NCBI GenBank assembly: GCA_963777505.1
Contig: CAVZQN010000008.1
Span: 128,001 to 192,000 of the forward strand
Direction of reading: 5' to 3'
Origin: an uncultured bacterium
Lineage (GTDB): Bacteria; Acidobacteriota; HRBIN11; JAKEFK01
DNA: 64,000 nucleotides
In this document: piece by piece, positions 21,826 through 32,372 of the stretch
Layout of the letters: each line of letters starts with the position of its first letter
Position numbering within the stretch: the first letter of the stretch is position 1
Made by a program: the position numbers and the translations under genes
Notes under the pieces: generated by a model
The model's database searches: none
What the model was told of the DNA's origin: nothing
The model's input: the letters and a program-made list of their open reading frames with translations, nothing else

Positions 21826-22497
21826 ATGCGCATTTTTTCCACCATTTTTATGTTGTGTTTTTTGTTTTCTGCGGTCTGTTTTGCTCATGAAGTCTCAGGA
21901 ACCATTGAAGTTATATTAAAAGGAGACAAGAAAAAGGAAGATCTTTCTTCTGTCGTTATTTATTTGGATGAAGTACGCGCCACATCAGCTGCCGTTGGAG
22001 AATCCAAAAAAGACTATTCAATGTCGACGAAGAACAAACAGCTCAGCCCTCGTTCTATGGCAGTCCCGGTGGGAGCTAAAATAACATTTCCAAATTACGA
22101 TCCGATTTTCCACAATTTGTTTTCTGTTTCAGCGCCAAATGAATTTGATTTGGGCCTCTATAAAGGAGGTGCAAGCAAAACTCATAGCTTTGCAAAACCC
22201 GGGATTGTTCGCGTATTTTGTAATGTTCATCCCCAAATGAGTGCGACAATTGTTGTAGCAAATAGCTCTTATTTAACAAGCGCAAGCAAAACAGGCAGCT
22301 TTTCTCTGGGTGATGTTCCTAACGGTACTTACCTCCTTAAAGCCTATACAGAAGAAGGACAGAGTGAACAAAGGATCCAGGTCTCAGAATCGCCACTGAA
22401 AGTTAAGCTTTCCATCGATGGAAAGAATTTCAAAAAAGTAAAACACAAAAACAAATTCGGCAAGGACTATTCGACTGACGAAAATGAGAAGTACTGA
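21826..22497 (+). CDS. Secreted cupredoxin-like (MauL-like) protein with carboxypeptidase-regulatory-like domain
   Basis: FPNYDPIFHNLFS..FDLGLY..FCNVHPQMSA (H, C-x2-H-x2-M ligands). Confidence 0.8.
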   Translation: MRIFSTIFMLCFLFSAVCFAHEVSGTIEVILKGDKKKEDLSSVVIYLDEVRATSAAVGESKKDYSMSTKNKQLSPRSMAVPVGAKITFPNYDPIFHNLFSVSAPNEFDLGLYKGGASKTHSFAKPGIVRVFCNVHPQMSATIVVANSSYLTSASKTGSFSLGDVPNGTYLLKAYTEEGQSEQRIQVSESPLKVKLSIDGKNFKKVKHKNKFGKDYSTDENEKY

Positions 22498-24541
22498 ACG
22501 TAAGGGGATCAGCCTTGCTATTAAGTTTTTCATCTTCACTGCACTCCTAATCTTCCTCTTGATTTTTGTCACCAATGTTTTTAGTTCACGCAAGGCAAAT
22601 GATCTCGCACAAGAAACAATCCGTAGCGCTCTTACTGAAACCTTAACTGCATATGATAATTTTCAGGAAGATCGATACACAAAACTGAAACTTGCAAATA
22701 ACCTGATTGCTCAATATCCCTACTTTCAGGCTTATATCGCCGAAGCTGATACGAATAGCATTTTGGATCTTGTACAACAGGAACAGCCAAAAACAAAAAG
22801 TGATTTCATCATTGTGACTGATCCTGATGGGATCATTCTTGCGCGCACTGACAAACCTGCAATGAAAGGCCGGAATATTGCAAACATTTCGTTAATGCAA
22901 GAAGCATTGAACGGAGATGAAGTGTCCGGATTGTGGGTGGAGGGTCAGGAATTATATGATGCGGTTGCGCTGCCTGTAATTACAGGAGATTCAATGACCG
23001 CTTGTCTCGCGGTTGGCTATTCCATCAACGATGCATTCGCATCTGAAATCAAAAGCCTGACGCATTCCGAAACTGCATTCTTTCTAACCGCGGAAAAATC
23101 TGATCCCGTCCTCATTGCAACTACGATGTCGGAAAAGAAAAATGAGCTTGCTTCAGCTTACAAATCAAATCGCGATAAGGATACCGAAACATTTCGCTTC
23201 AAAGTTGGTCCCGAAAACTATATCGGTATAGCCCGGCGGTTAAAAGATTCTGCCGGAAAAGATATGGCCAGTTTTGTAACATTTCGATCTTTGGATCGAG
23301 AGTTATTTGGATTCCGTCAGTTTCAAAAAAATGTTTTATATGTAGGTCTTGGAATCATGGGAGTTGCCTTTCTTATTAGTTTCCTTGGAGCGCGAAGGAT
23401 TACAGGGCCATTGCGGCATCTAACTCATGCAATCAATGAAGTGAAGGAAGGCAACTATGATGTCGATATCAAAGTAAAATCAGGTGACGAAGTTGGAATT
23501 CTTGCACATACCTTTCAGCGTTTACTAGGCGAACTCAAAGAAAAGGCGCAACTCGTTCAGTACCTTTCGAACCAGCCGACGCAATCCAGCACGATGGCAT
23601 CGAATGCTGCAACGATTTCTTCACCACACCAGCAGCCTACGATCACGCCTCAATCTCAATCTCAGCCTGCCCAGCAAACAATGTCGTCTCTGGCTCCCGG
23701 CACTGTGATCGCGAATCGATATGAAGTTCAATCAGTACTAGGGACAGGCGGTATGGGAGTTGTTTTAAAGGCCCACGATCGCCAACTCGATGAAATTGTT
23801 GCTTTGAAAATGTTGAAGGGTGAAGCGTTTACACAAGATCCTGCCGCATTGGAACGATTCAAGCAAGAATTGAAATTGGCGCGGCGAATTACTCACCGGC
23901 ATGTAGTCAGAACCTATGACTATTCTGAACTGGATCGCTACTACATGATCAGTATGGAATACGTAAAAGGAATTACTTTAAAACAGCTTGTACGTCAGCG
24001 TGGAATGCTTCCGCTGAAAATTGGATTACAAATTGGCAAACAAATTTGTGCCGCGCTCGATGCAGCGCATGAAAAGGGCGTCGTGCATCGCGATATCAAA
24101 CCACAAAATATTTTGCTTGAAAGCAGCGGTGATGTAAAAATCATGGATTTTGGAATTGCTCGATTAGAAGAAATGAAAGGAATGACTTCGACCGGCACAG
24201 TGATGGGAACCCCGGATTACATGTCGCCGGAACAAGCACAAGGCATCGAGCTTGACCATCGCACAGATGTCTACTCAACAGGTGTCGTGTTGTTTGAAGT
24301 TTTCTGCGGAAGATTACCTTTCCAGGCGGATTCAGCGCTGGCTGTTTTGAATATGCACATTCGAGAATTACCCCCAAAACCTTCAAGTCTTCATCCACAT
24401 ATCCCGCCCGAGCTCGATCGCATCTTGCTAAAAGCAATGGCAAAAAATGCTGCTCAAAGGTATGCAAATATTTCTGAGCTGTATAAAGATCTGGATTCCT
24501 TGTCTGAAACCATCGCAGAAAGAATTGAAAAGAGCGCGTGA
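22484..24541 (+). CDS. Membrane sensor Ser/Thr kinase (TM-Cache-TM-HAMP-kinase)
   Basis: Two TMs, HAMP (PLRHL..GDEVGILA), GTGGMG, VALK, HRDIKPQN, DFG, GTPDYMSPE. Confidence 0.9.
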   Translation: MRSTERKGISLAIKFFIFTALLIFLLIFVTNVFSSRKANDLAQETIRSALTETLTAYDNFQEDRYTKLKLANNLIAQYPYFQAYIAEADTNSILDLVQQEQPKTKSDFIIVTDPDGIILARTDKPAMKGRNIANISLMQEALNGDEVSGLWVEGQELYDAVALPVITGDSMTACLAVGYSINDAFASEIKSLTHSETAFFLTAEKSDPVLIATTMSEKKNELASAYKSNRDKDTETFRFKVGPENYIGIARRLKDSAGKDMASFVTFRSLDRELFGFRQFQKNVLYVGLGIMGVAFLISFLGARRITGPLRHLTHAINEVKEGNYDVDIKVKSGDEVGILAHTFQRLLGELKEKAQLVQYLSNQPTQSSTMASNAATISSPHQQPTITPQSQSQPAQQTMSSLAPGTVIANRYEVQSVLGTGGMGVVLKAHDRQLDEIVALKMLKGEAFTQDPAALERFKQELKLARRITHRHVVRTYDYSELDRYYMISMEYVKGITLKQLVRQRGMLPLKIGLQIGKQICAALDAAHEKGVVHRDIKPQNILLESSGDVKIMDFGIARLEEMKGMTSTGTVMGTPDYMSPEQAQGIELDHRTDVYSTGVVLFEVFCGRLPFQADSALAVLNMHIRELPPKPSSLHPHIPPELDRILLKAMAKNAAQRYANISELYKDLDSLSETIAERIEKSA

Positions 24542-24573
24542 TCGGCGTTAGTAAAATCCGTAAAAATCAAACT

Positions 24574-26514
24574 ATGAAAAAAATAATATTCGTGCTTATC
24601 GTGATTGGAATCACCACAATACTTATCGCTCAAGAAAGGCGGGAAGCCGGAAATCTTGTGATTGAGAATATTCCGGAAATTCCGAAAACAGTCTTTGAAA
24701 GGCTGGATCAATATCAAAATGTGCGTTCTGCATCATTCAGCGATTGGGAACCATCCGGGAATGGAATGCTGATCTCAACTCGTTTTGCAGATACAAATCA
24801 GATCCATCACGTTTCCTCACCTGGCATGCATAGAAAGCAGATGACATTTTTTCGAGAGCCAGTAACAACGGCAGTTTTTCCGCAAGAGAATCAGCCAAAA
24901 GGATACATCTTTCAAATGAATGAAGGCGGCGGTGAGTTCGAGCAACTTTACTGGTTTGATCTGAAAGAAGGAACGTCCAGGCTTTTGACTGACGGCGGAA
25001 AGAGCGTTAACAGCTTTGTTTTGTTTTCAAATTCCGGAAATCAGGCTGTGTATCACAGCACGAAAAGAAATAGCAAAGACTACGATCTCTGGCTGATGAA
25101 TCCGCTTCAACCTGAATCAGAACGCATGGTGAAAGAAGTGAGTGGATTCTGGGCTCCTCTTGACTGGTCAGCTGATGATAAAAAGATTCTGGTGATGAAA
25201 TACGTTTCCGCAAACGAATCATACCTCTACGAAATGGATGCATCTTCAGGAGAGCTAACTCAAATTAATCCATCCGAGAAAAAGATTCGTTACGACACAG
25301 CGTCTTATGCACGTGACCGCTCTGGAATTTATTACGTCTCCGATGAAGATAGTGAATTCTATCGTTTAACGTTTTGGAATCCTGATACCAAAAAGAAACA
25401 AGTCCTTGTCGAGATGAATTGGGACATTGAATTGGTCGTTGTTTCTTTAGATGGGAAATGGATCGCATTTAGTTCAAATGAAGCTGGAATCAGTAAGCTT
25501 CACTTTGGCGCTGCAAACGATCCAAACAGCGCAAAAGTTGTAGATCTCCCGGCAGGTGTGATTTCTAAATTGAAATTTGACCGGCAGAGCAAGAGATTAG
25601 CTTTTAATCTCAGCTCTGCAGATTCGCCGTCAGATGTGTACTCACTGGATACTGCTTCAAGAAAAGTGGAACGCTGGACTTTCAGTGAAACAGGCGGAAT
25701 TGATTCTTCAAAATTTATTGAGCCACAACTGATAAAGTTTCCATCATTTGATTCCGTCGATGGAAAAGCTCGCATGATACCGGCGTTTTATTACAAGCCA
25801 AAAGCAACTGCGAATCAAAAGCATCCAGTGCTCATTAGCATTCATGGCGGACCTGAATCTCAGGCAAAGGCAGCATTCAGTTCAAACTTTCAGTACTGGG
25901 TTAACGAACTCGGCCTCGCAGTACTTGTTCCAAACGTTCGAGGTTCTAGCGGCTTTGGTAAAAGTTATTTGCAATTGGATAATGGGGATAAACGTTTGGA
26001 TTCGGTAAAAGATATTGGAGCGTTGTTGGATTGGATTGCCACACAGCCGGAATTGGATTCAAAACGAGTGGCTGTGTATGGAGGCTCCTATGGCGGCTTT
26101 ATGGTGCTTTCATCGCTGATTCAGTTTGGAGAACGGATTCGATGCGGCATCGATGTTGTAGGAATCAGTAGTTTCGTAACATTTCTGGAAAGCACCGAAA
26201 TTTACCGCCGTGACTTAAGAAGAGCGGAATACGGAGATGAACGGGATCCGAAAATGAGGGAATTCTTAAATTCAATTTCGCCTCTTACAAATTCAACTAA
26301 GATTAAAAGTCCGCTATTTGTTGTGCAAGGTAAAAACGATCCTCGTGTTCCATTCACCGAAGCCGAGCAAATTGTGAAAAGTGTTCGGAGCCAGGGAAAC
26401 ACTGTCTGGTATTTGATGGCAAAAGATGAAGGTCATGGTTTTGCAAAAAAGACGAACAGGGATTATCAAGCAGCAGCTATGACGCTCTTCCTTCAACAAT
26501 TTCTATTGAAGTAG
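24574..26514 (+). CDS. S9 family (prolyl oligopeptidase-like) peptidase
   Basis: Signal peptide, HGGPE, GGSYGG, NDPRVP, DEGHGF. Confidence 0.93.
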   Translation: MKKIIFVLIVIGITTILIAQERREAGNLVIENIPEIPKTVFERLDQYQNVRSASFSDWEPSGNGMLISTRFADTNQIHHVSSPGMHRKQMTFFREPVTTAVFPQENQPKGYIFQMNEGGGEFEQLYWFDLKEGTSRLLTDGGKSVNSFVLFSNSGNQAVYHSTKRNSKDYDLWLMNPLQPESERMVKEVSGFWAPLDWSADDKKILVMKYVSANESYLYEMDASSGELTQINPSEKKIRYDTASYARDRSGIYYVSDEDSEFYRLTFWNPDTKKKQVLVEMNWDIELVVVSLDGKWIAFSSNEAGISKLHFGAANDPNSAKVVDLPAGVISKLKFDRQSKRLAFNLSSADSPSDVYSLDTASRKVERWTFSETGGIDSSKFIEPQLIKFPSFDSVDGKARMIPAFYYKPKATANQKHPVLISIHGGPESQAKAAFSSNFQYWVNELGLAVLVPNVRGSSGFGKSYLQLDNGDKRLDSVKDIGALLDWIATQPELDSKRVAVYGGSYGGFMVLSSLIQFGERIRCGIDVVGISSFVTFLESTEIYRRDLRRAEYGDERDPKMREFLNSISPLTNSTKIKSPLFVVQGKNDPRVPFTEAEQIVKSVRSQGNTVWYLMAKDEGHGFAKKTNRDYQAAAMTLFLQQFLLK

Positions 26515-26569
26515 GGGCGACCTTTATGGTCGCCCATTAGCAGAAGGCGACTACAAGGGCCGCCCCTAC
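26511..26569. repeat. GTAG-type REP doublet (family B)
   Basis: GTAGGGGCGACCTTTATGGTCGCCC...GGCGACTACAAGGGCCGCCCCTAC. Confidence 0.8.
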
Positions 26570-26586
26570 CGGTAATCGTAAACATT

Positions 26587-28679
26587 ATGAAAAAAGCACT
26601 TACTTTTTTGATTTTCTTTTTAATGGCTGGCACTATCCATGCCGATGAAGGCATGTGGCTGCTAACTGACCCACCGGTCGATCAACTAAAACAAAAATAC
26701 GATTTCGTTTTAACACCGGAATGGCTACAACGAGCCCAAAAATCTGCTGTGCGTTTCAACAGCGGTGGCTCCGGAAGTTTTGTGTCTTCCGAAGGGCTCA
26801 TCATTACGAATCATCATGTAGGTGGAGATTGTTTAGATAAATTAAGTCCTGCCGGCAAAGATTACTATCGCGACGGATATTTTGCAGCTACACGCAGTGA
26901 GGAATTAAAGTGTCCGGATCTTGAATTGAATGTTCTCACATCGATTGATGACGTCACAGAACTTGTGAACTCTGCTGTTACGCCGAAATGTCAACGCAGG
27001 CAGCTTCAGAAGCCCGGCAAAAAAAGATGTCAGAAATTGAAAAAGAATCAGCGGATAAAACTGGACTCCGGAGTGACATTGTTACGCTTTATCATGGCGG
27101 GTTGTATCATCTCTACCGTTACAAAAAATTCACTGATGTGCGGGTTGTGTTTTCACCTGAGGCTGAGGTTGCCTCATTTGGAGGTGACATTGATAATTTC
27201 GAATTTCCGCGATTCGATTTCGATATCGCATTTTTCCGCGCGTATGAAAATGGCAAGCCCGCGCACCCCGACTATTTTTTGAAATGGAACGCTTCCGGTG
27301 CTGCCGAAAATGATCTTGTATTTGTCATCGGCAATCCGTCATCAACGAATCGTCTCGATACGATCGCAGGCTTAAAATTCCGTCGTGATGTTTTTCTTCC
27401 GTATAGCTTAAACAAACAGCAGTATCGCGAAGGTTTATTTCGTCAATTTTCTAATCTCGGGAAAGAGGAAAGACAACTTGCCGGCGAAAAGCTGTATGAC
27501 GCCGGTAACAGTTTGAAATCTGCGGCCGGTCAATACAGAGGATTACTCGATGCTTCCATCATGGAAATAAAGGTAAAGAATGAATCAAAACTCCTGACCG
27601 AAGTGAATTCAAATCCTGAACTTAAGGCTGAATGTTCAGGTGCATGGGAACAAATTGAAAAATCTGTGACGTCTAGAAAACAGTTCTGGCATGAGTACAT
27701 GTTGTTAGAAAAAGGGGATGCGTTTGATTCAACCTTATTTGAAATTGCGAGATATCTAACCCGCATGGCAATTGAGATTCCTAAACCAGGACCAGATAGG
27801 CTGCGAGAATACCGAGACTCGAATTTGGATTCGTTGAAACAAAAGCTCTATTCTCCTGCGCCTATTTCTCCAAAATTGGAGCAAGCTCAACTGACTGGAT
27901 CGTTGATTTTTCTTGCTCAGAATCTTGGGGGCAGTCATCCATTAGTTCTGGAAATTTTAGATGGACGCTCACCTGAAGCGCGTGCCGCTGAACTTGTTTC
28001 AGGGACAAAGCTGATCGATCCTGAATATCGTAAAAAAATTGCTGACGCCGGATGGAAAGCAATTGAAACATCGGACGATCGTATGATCCAACTTGCTTTA
28101 AAAATTGATTCGCATGCACGCAAATTACGCACACGATACGAATCTGAAGTTGAAGAAGTAGAGCGCCAGGCTTACGCGAAAATTGAAATTGCCAGATTCC
28201 GTACAACAGGAAAATCTCAATACCCGGACGGAACTTTTACTCTACGTTTTGCATATGGACTTGTAAAAGGATATTCCGAAGCCGATCAGGAAATTCCACT
28301 GGCAACTACACTGGGCGGAGCTTTTTTGAGATCGGATGAGCATGAAAATCGTGAACCATTTTCATTGCCGGAAAGCTGGCGAAAGAACAAACAGAAGTTG
28401 AATCTAGAAGCCCCTCTTAACTTCGTTTCCACTGCAGATACGTATTCCGGCAACTCAGGAAGTCCTGTCATGAACCGGGCCGGTGAATTTGTTGGAATTA
28501 ACTTTGATCGTAATCGTCACGGACTTACGCGGAATTTCATCTACGTGGAAGAAAAAGCTCGCCAGATTTCGGTGCACCCTTCAGCGATTGCAGAAATGCT
28601 CCGCAACGGCTATCACGCTAAAAGCCTGTTGATAGAACTCGGCGTTGAAAAGGGTGACGATAAAGACTCCACGAAATGA
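26587..28679 (+). CDS. S46 family dipeptidyl peptidase, frameshifted near 26985
   Basis: ADEGMWL, TNHHV, DNFEFPR, GNSGSPV, FDRN. Confidence 0.9.
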
Positions 28680-28836
28680 CGCATTAAAAATGCGTCGTTT
28701 GCTAGTCTTTCCCGCCTTATTCTGACTATACGTCCGAATTGACGCAATATAAAACGTCATTTAGGATAGCTACCAGCTGTTCGAACGCATTGGAAACAAA
28801 ATGTAGTTTTGAAATTTTCTTCTGAGTTACACTGGT

Positions 28837-29028
28837 ATGAAGCACACGGTATCGGTAGAAAGGCATTCAAAATGTTTCCGTTGCTTGATTGAAAGGACAA
28901 GAAATAGTTCAAGAATAGAATCGCTGTTTTGTCGACAATGCAGGATACGAAGTCTCATTGAACTGGAAAATTTCGCTACTTCGGCGCAACTAGCGGAGCC
29001 ACGGGCATTGAGGATTGAGCGAAAGTGA
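28837..29028 (+). CDS. Possible small CxxC..CxxC protein
   Basis: 63-aa ORF with CFRC and CRQC in an otherwise empty intergenic region; no clear SD. Confidence 0.35.
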   Translation: MKHTVSVERHSKCFRCLIERTRNSSRIESLFCRQCRIRSLIELENFATSAQLAEPRALRIERK

Positions 29029-29212
29029 GAGGATTACCTATTTGATTCAGAACGATTTTTCCCAATTACCTCCCAAAAACTAGAGGGCTCTTCAACACGG
29101 CCCGCGAAAAAGCATTGCAGCGGACGCGTCCTCGGGATTTCTCCGCCGCAGGCCTTCGGCGCGGCGCTGATTCCAGCGTTCGCTGGCATTAGTATGAGTC
29201 TGCCACTACTGA

Positions 29213-29506
29213 TTAAGTCTGATTTTTTAGTGTGATGGCTGTGGATCCCCAATCCGGGCCTTGCTCGAAAGATTCAACCAGCGAAGACTTTTCCAAAACA
29301 GATTGCACGATATTCTTTTGGACGCCCACTCCTTTTCCATGAATGATACGAATGTATCGAAACCCGCGTTGGGAGCATTGCTCCAGATATTCTTCTACCA
29401 GAGCTTTAACATCGCGGGGAGAAAAAGTATGCAAATCAAGAGTATCTGTAATTGGAATTTCTACAGGTTCCTCTTCCAATCTTTCTCCAATTACATTTGC
29501 TGACAC
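29213..29506 (-). CDS. Stand-alone Smr domain protein
   Basis: DTLDLHTF, RIIHGKGVG, DWGST. Confidence 0.9.
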   Translation of the reverse strand: MSANVIGERLEEEPVEIPITDTLDLHTFSPRDVKALVEEYLEQCSQRGFRYIRIIHGKGVGVQKNIVQSVLEKSSLVESFEQGPDWGSTAITLKNQT

Positions 29507-30165
29507 TTACAACTTGTTTTTGCAGTTACATCTGTCAGCTCGGCATCATCAAGATCAAAAACGATAAAGGGTACACCGCGCGTTCGATATGTTTTAATCG
29601 TTAACGCATCGAAATCAAAAGTGCCGCTTTGCCGGAATTTCTTGAACAATTTATAGCGCACAGTGAAAAGATGGCTCTGAACTTCCGAAACATATTTTCC
29701 AGGATCAGCCATCGACATCCAACATGTCAATGGAGCTTCAGGATCTGTAAGTCGTATCTGAATCTCCATTTCTTTTGAGGTTACAACCGGCAGATCCTTT
29801 TCAAATCTCAGCATGAAATTTGAACCTGTTGCTGGATCCTTGGGAGCAATCAAAAATACGACCCGTTTATTATCAAGATCAGGATAGATATTCAAAAACA
29901 AAGGCTTAGCCTTCTGCTCAAAAAATACACCTTTATAACGTTCATCGATCGCTGTTATTTTGTCTGACTTCAGCGGCCTGAGGGCTTTCGAGAATCTTTG
30001 CATGTCATCAATCAGTATTGAGACATTTTCGTAATTGATTTCCACGGGAGTTCCTTTTGGAATCGTTTTGCTGGGAAGATCTGATTCTGCTGCCTCTTTC
30101 TTGCATGCTGACAGCATGCAAGCCAGTACGATCATGGTGAACGTTATCTTAAGGATTCGAAGCAT
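29491..30165 (-). CDS. Hypothetical lipoprotein
   Basis: Lipobox LSAC after a hydrophobic stretch. Confidence 0.7.
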   Translation of the reverse strand: MLRILKITFTMIVLACMLSACKKEAAESDLPSKTIPKGTPVEINYENVSILIDDMQRFSKALRPLKSDKITAIDERYKGVFFEQKAKPLFLNIYPDLDNKRVVFLIAPKDPATGSNFMLRFEKDLPVVTSKEMEIQIRLTDPEAPLTCWMSMADPGKYVSEVQSHLFTVRYKLFKKFRQSGTFDFDALTIKTYRTRGVPFIVFDLDDAELTDVTAKTSCKCQQM

Positions 30166-31000
30166 CTTTCCCCTCCGCTGCAGCGTCCCGCGATTTTTCG
30201 ATACTTCCGGAATGTTCAATCTTCACAAAAACATCAAATTGTCCTTTGTTATCTTCAAAGTTATTGTCATTCACTCCCAAAAATAACTGGCCTGAGGTTT
30301 CAGAAACAACAGGCGTACGCTGAAAACCGATCAGGAATGGCTTCCCCTGCTCTCCTATCTTACCGATTAACGAACAAGCATTTGATTCAGGAACGGGAAG
30401 ATTCATGTTTGCGCTATTGGGAACTCCGTCAGCAGACGCAGCATCTGGAGAACCGGAGCAATATGAAACTGAATCGTCACCAACTGTAAACCAGATCTGT
30501 TGTCCTGAACGAACCATTAGATTTGAAAGAGTCCAATTCCGTCCGGCATTCACACGCACCTGAGAAGTAATGGCATTTTTGGAAGCCGATGGGATTCGAA
30601 TTGCATCTTTTGAATTGGCAAGTTGAATAAAAATTACTTTTTTGATTTCAATTCGGTCGCGTTTAAAATCTGCATCTTCAAACACGTAGTATTTCTCATC
30701 CATGCCGATTGGAGAACCGAAGAGAATTTTCCCATCCGAAAGAAGCACACCTTCGCGTCCGGCTGGTATCTTTTTCGGGACCTCCGGCCGGAAACGCATC
30801 CAGCTGATTTCAGATCGCGAAAGCACGATCCGTTCTGGTCCTGGCTTGATACCGATGACCTTGTTTTCATCAATATGATCAAGCTTAAACCTTATTTCTT
30901 TTCCACTGATCAGTCCTACCATGACTGCAGGTCCCCGCTCTTATGAAAACAATTCAAAAGGAAGTGCAAGACTCAGGGATACGAGCACCCAGAATTTCAT
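30149..31000 (-). pseudogene. Secreted protein with C-terminal LecA/PA-IL-like domain; in-frame TAA after the signal peptide
   Basis: MKFWVLVSLSLALPFELFS*ERGPAVMVGL in one frame; LIGKIG..PFLIG..GQLFLGVND..DNKGQFDV. Confidence 0.6.
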
Positions 31001-31057
31001 GCTTTGACCTCTACGAAAGTACAAACTAATATTATTCGTCACAAAGGAGATTTCCCA

Positions 31058-31441
31058 GTGTCTGATTATACGGAAGATCATGCAAAATCTGGCATCAATG
31101 AACCGTTGCCTGAAATAGAGTGCTGGCCAAATCAATATCCCAGCTACGAAATTAGTGTAACCATCCCGGAATATACGGCGGTCTGTCCCAAAACAGGTTT
31201 GCCGGATTTTGGCACAATCGAAATCAAGTATGAGCCTTCCAAGCTTTGTCTTGAATTAAAGTCGCTGAAAAATTACATCAATGCGTATCGCGATGTTGGC
31301 ATCTTCTACGAAAATGCTATTAATCGCATCCTTCGCGATCTTGTGCGTGCATGCGAACCAGTTCACATGACTGTCCGCGGTGAATTCAATGTTCGCGGTG
31401 GAATGAAAAGCGTCATTGAAGCGAAGCATCCAGCACGGTAA
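31058..31441 (+). CDS. queF: NADPH-dependent preQ0 reductase
   Basis: PEYTAVCPKTGLPDFG, ELKSLK, RGG; AAGGAG SD before GTG. Confidence 0.95.
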   Translation: MSDYTEDHAKSGINEPLPEIECWPNQYPSYEISVTIPEYTAVCPKTGLPDFGTIEIKYEPSKLCLELKSLKNYINAYRDVGIFYENAINRILRDLVRACEPVHMTVRGEFNVRGGMKSVIEAKHPAR

Positions 31442-31448
31442 TCCATTT

Positions 31449-31465
31449 ACCGCAAAGACACAAAG
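31449..31465 (-). repeat. 17-nt post-stop repeat copy
   Basis: ACCGCAAAGACACAAAG between convergent queF and the PilZ gene. Confidence 0.75.
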
Positions 31466-31476
31466 TGAACTGCTAA

Positions 31477-31782
31477 TTACTTGAAGAAGCGAACGCTTAA
31501 GAGACGTCCTTCTTTGCGGGATTGGACTCTACAAATTGCGCCGCGTGCTGTGAGTTGCGATTTCTTAAACTTGCGCGATAGAGGATCATTCAGAGTAATT
31601 TTTAGTTTTATCCGCGTGCCAATGGGAAGTTCTTGTGGACAAATAAATGCACAACCTCCTGCAGAGAGGTTGGATAGTTTCGCTTCTATTTCAGAAGGGA
31701 TCCCTTTTACCTCATCCAGAAGCGTAATCTGCAATGGAAGATCCAGATGGACACGCTTCTGGCGGCGTAACTCACTGGCCAT
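31477..31782 (-). CDS. PilZ domain protein
   Basis: RRQKR and NLSAGG c-di-GMP-binding motifs. Confidence 0.88.
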   Translation of the reverse strand: MASELRRQKRVHLDLPLQITLLDEVKGIPSEIEAKLSNLSAGGCAFICPQELPIGTRIKLKITLNDPLSRKFKKSQLTARGAICRVQSRKEGRLLSVRFFK

Positions 31783-31888
31783 CGTCCTATAATTCTATCG
31801 TTCGGCGTAGACATGTACAACCCACTTTCGAAAGACTTTGCATAGTTTGCCGTTTTTGTGTTTCATATAGGGAACAAGGAGGGGGTCT

Positions 31889-32350
31889 ATGAAGAGCAGG
31901 GTATTCAGTGTGGCGGTCGCCATACTACTTTTTTCAATGGGTTGTGGTGAAGATTATTTCGCAACGCCCGAAAAAACACTCCAAAATTACGTCAAGAATC
32001 GCATGATGGGAAGCCGGCAGGAGAATGAAGCAGTCCTGAACTCGTTTACGAAGGCAGATAAGGACTGGTGGAACGCTAATTACATGAAGATGTGTTCGGC
32101 TTTTTACGGTCTTGACTGCCCTGGTGAAGGGATTTCAACCGAATCGACAATCTGGACCGATAAGTTTGAACCAGCCGGTCCCAATGCGGCAACAATTGAA
32201 AGTTCCGAAATCGATGAGGAAAAAGGTACCGCGTGGTTAACGGTTCAGGGTCAGGATATTGAGTTCGTCAAAGAACGAGGTAACTGGAAAATGGTTGGAT
32301 TCTTTGGTGTTCCGGAGGAACTTAAAGAAAAATACCCACAACTCAAATAG
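31889..32350 (+). CDS. Hypothetical lipoprotein
   Basis: AGGAGG SD, lipobox SMGC, FVKERGNWK. Confidence 0.75.
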   Translation: MKSRVFSVAVAILLFSMGCGEDYFATPEKTLQNYVKNRMMGSRQENEAVLNSFTKADKDWWNANYMKMCSAFYGLDCPGEGISTESTIWTDKFEPAGPNAATIESSEIDEEKGTAWLTVQGQDIEFVKERGNWKMVGFFGVPEELKEKYPQLK

Positions 32351-32352
32351 TT

Positions 32353-32369
32353 CTTAGCGCCTTTGCGGT
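32353..32369 (+). repeat. 17-nt post-stop repeat copy
   Basis: CTTAGCGCCTTTGCGGT 2 nt after TAG. Confidence 0.8.
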
Positions 32370-32372
32370 AAT

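Noticed and set aside
29120-29175. HDV-like ribozyme (TCCTCG loop) or glycine riboswitch (CCGAAG)
   Set aside because: The required P1/P3 pairings and other conserved motifs could not be built.
29034-29252. 72-aa minus-strand ORF
   Set aside because: Overlaps the Smr stop and merely translates the GC-rich hairpin element.
30941-30943. Stop-codon reassignment (alternative genetic code)
   Set aside because: TAA terminates many clear genes here (mfd, trpG, queF); this is an isolated case.
31001-31057. preQ1 riboswitch upstream of queF (CCTCT..AAACTAA)
   Set aside because: No 5' AGAGGTTC-type stem strand is present, and the space abuts the divergent gene start.
31481-31792. 103-aa plus-strand ORF
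   Set aside because: Antisense shadow of the PilZ gene.
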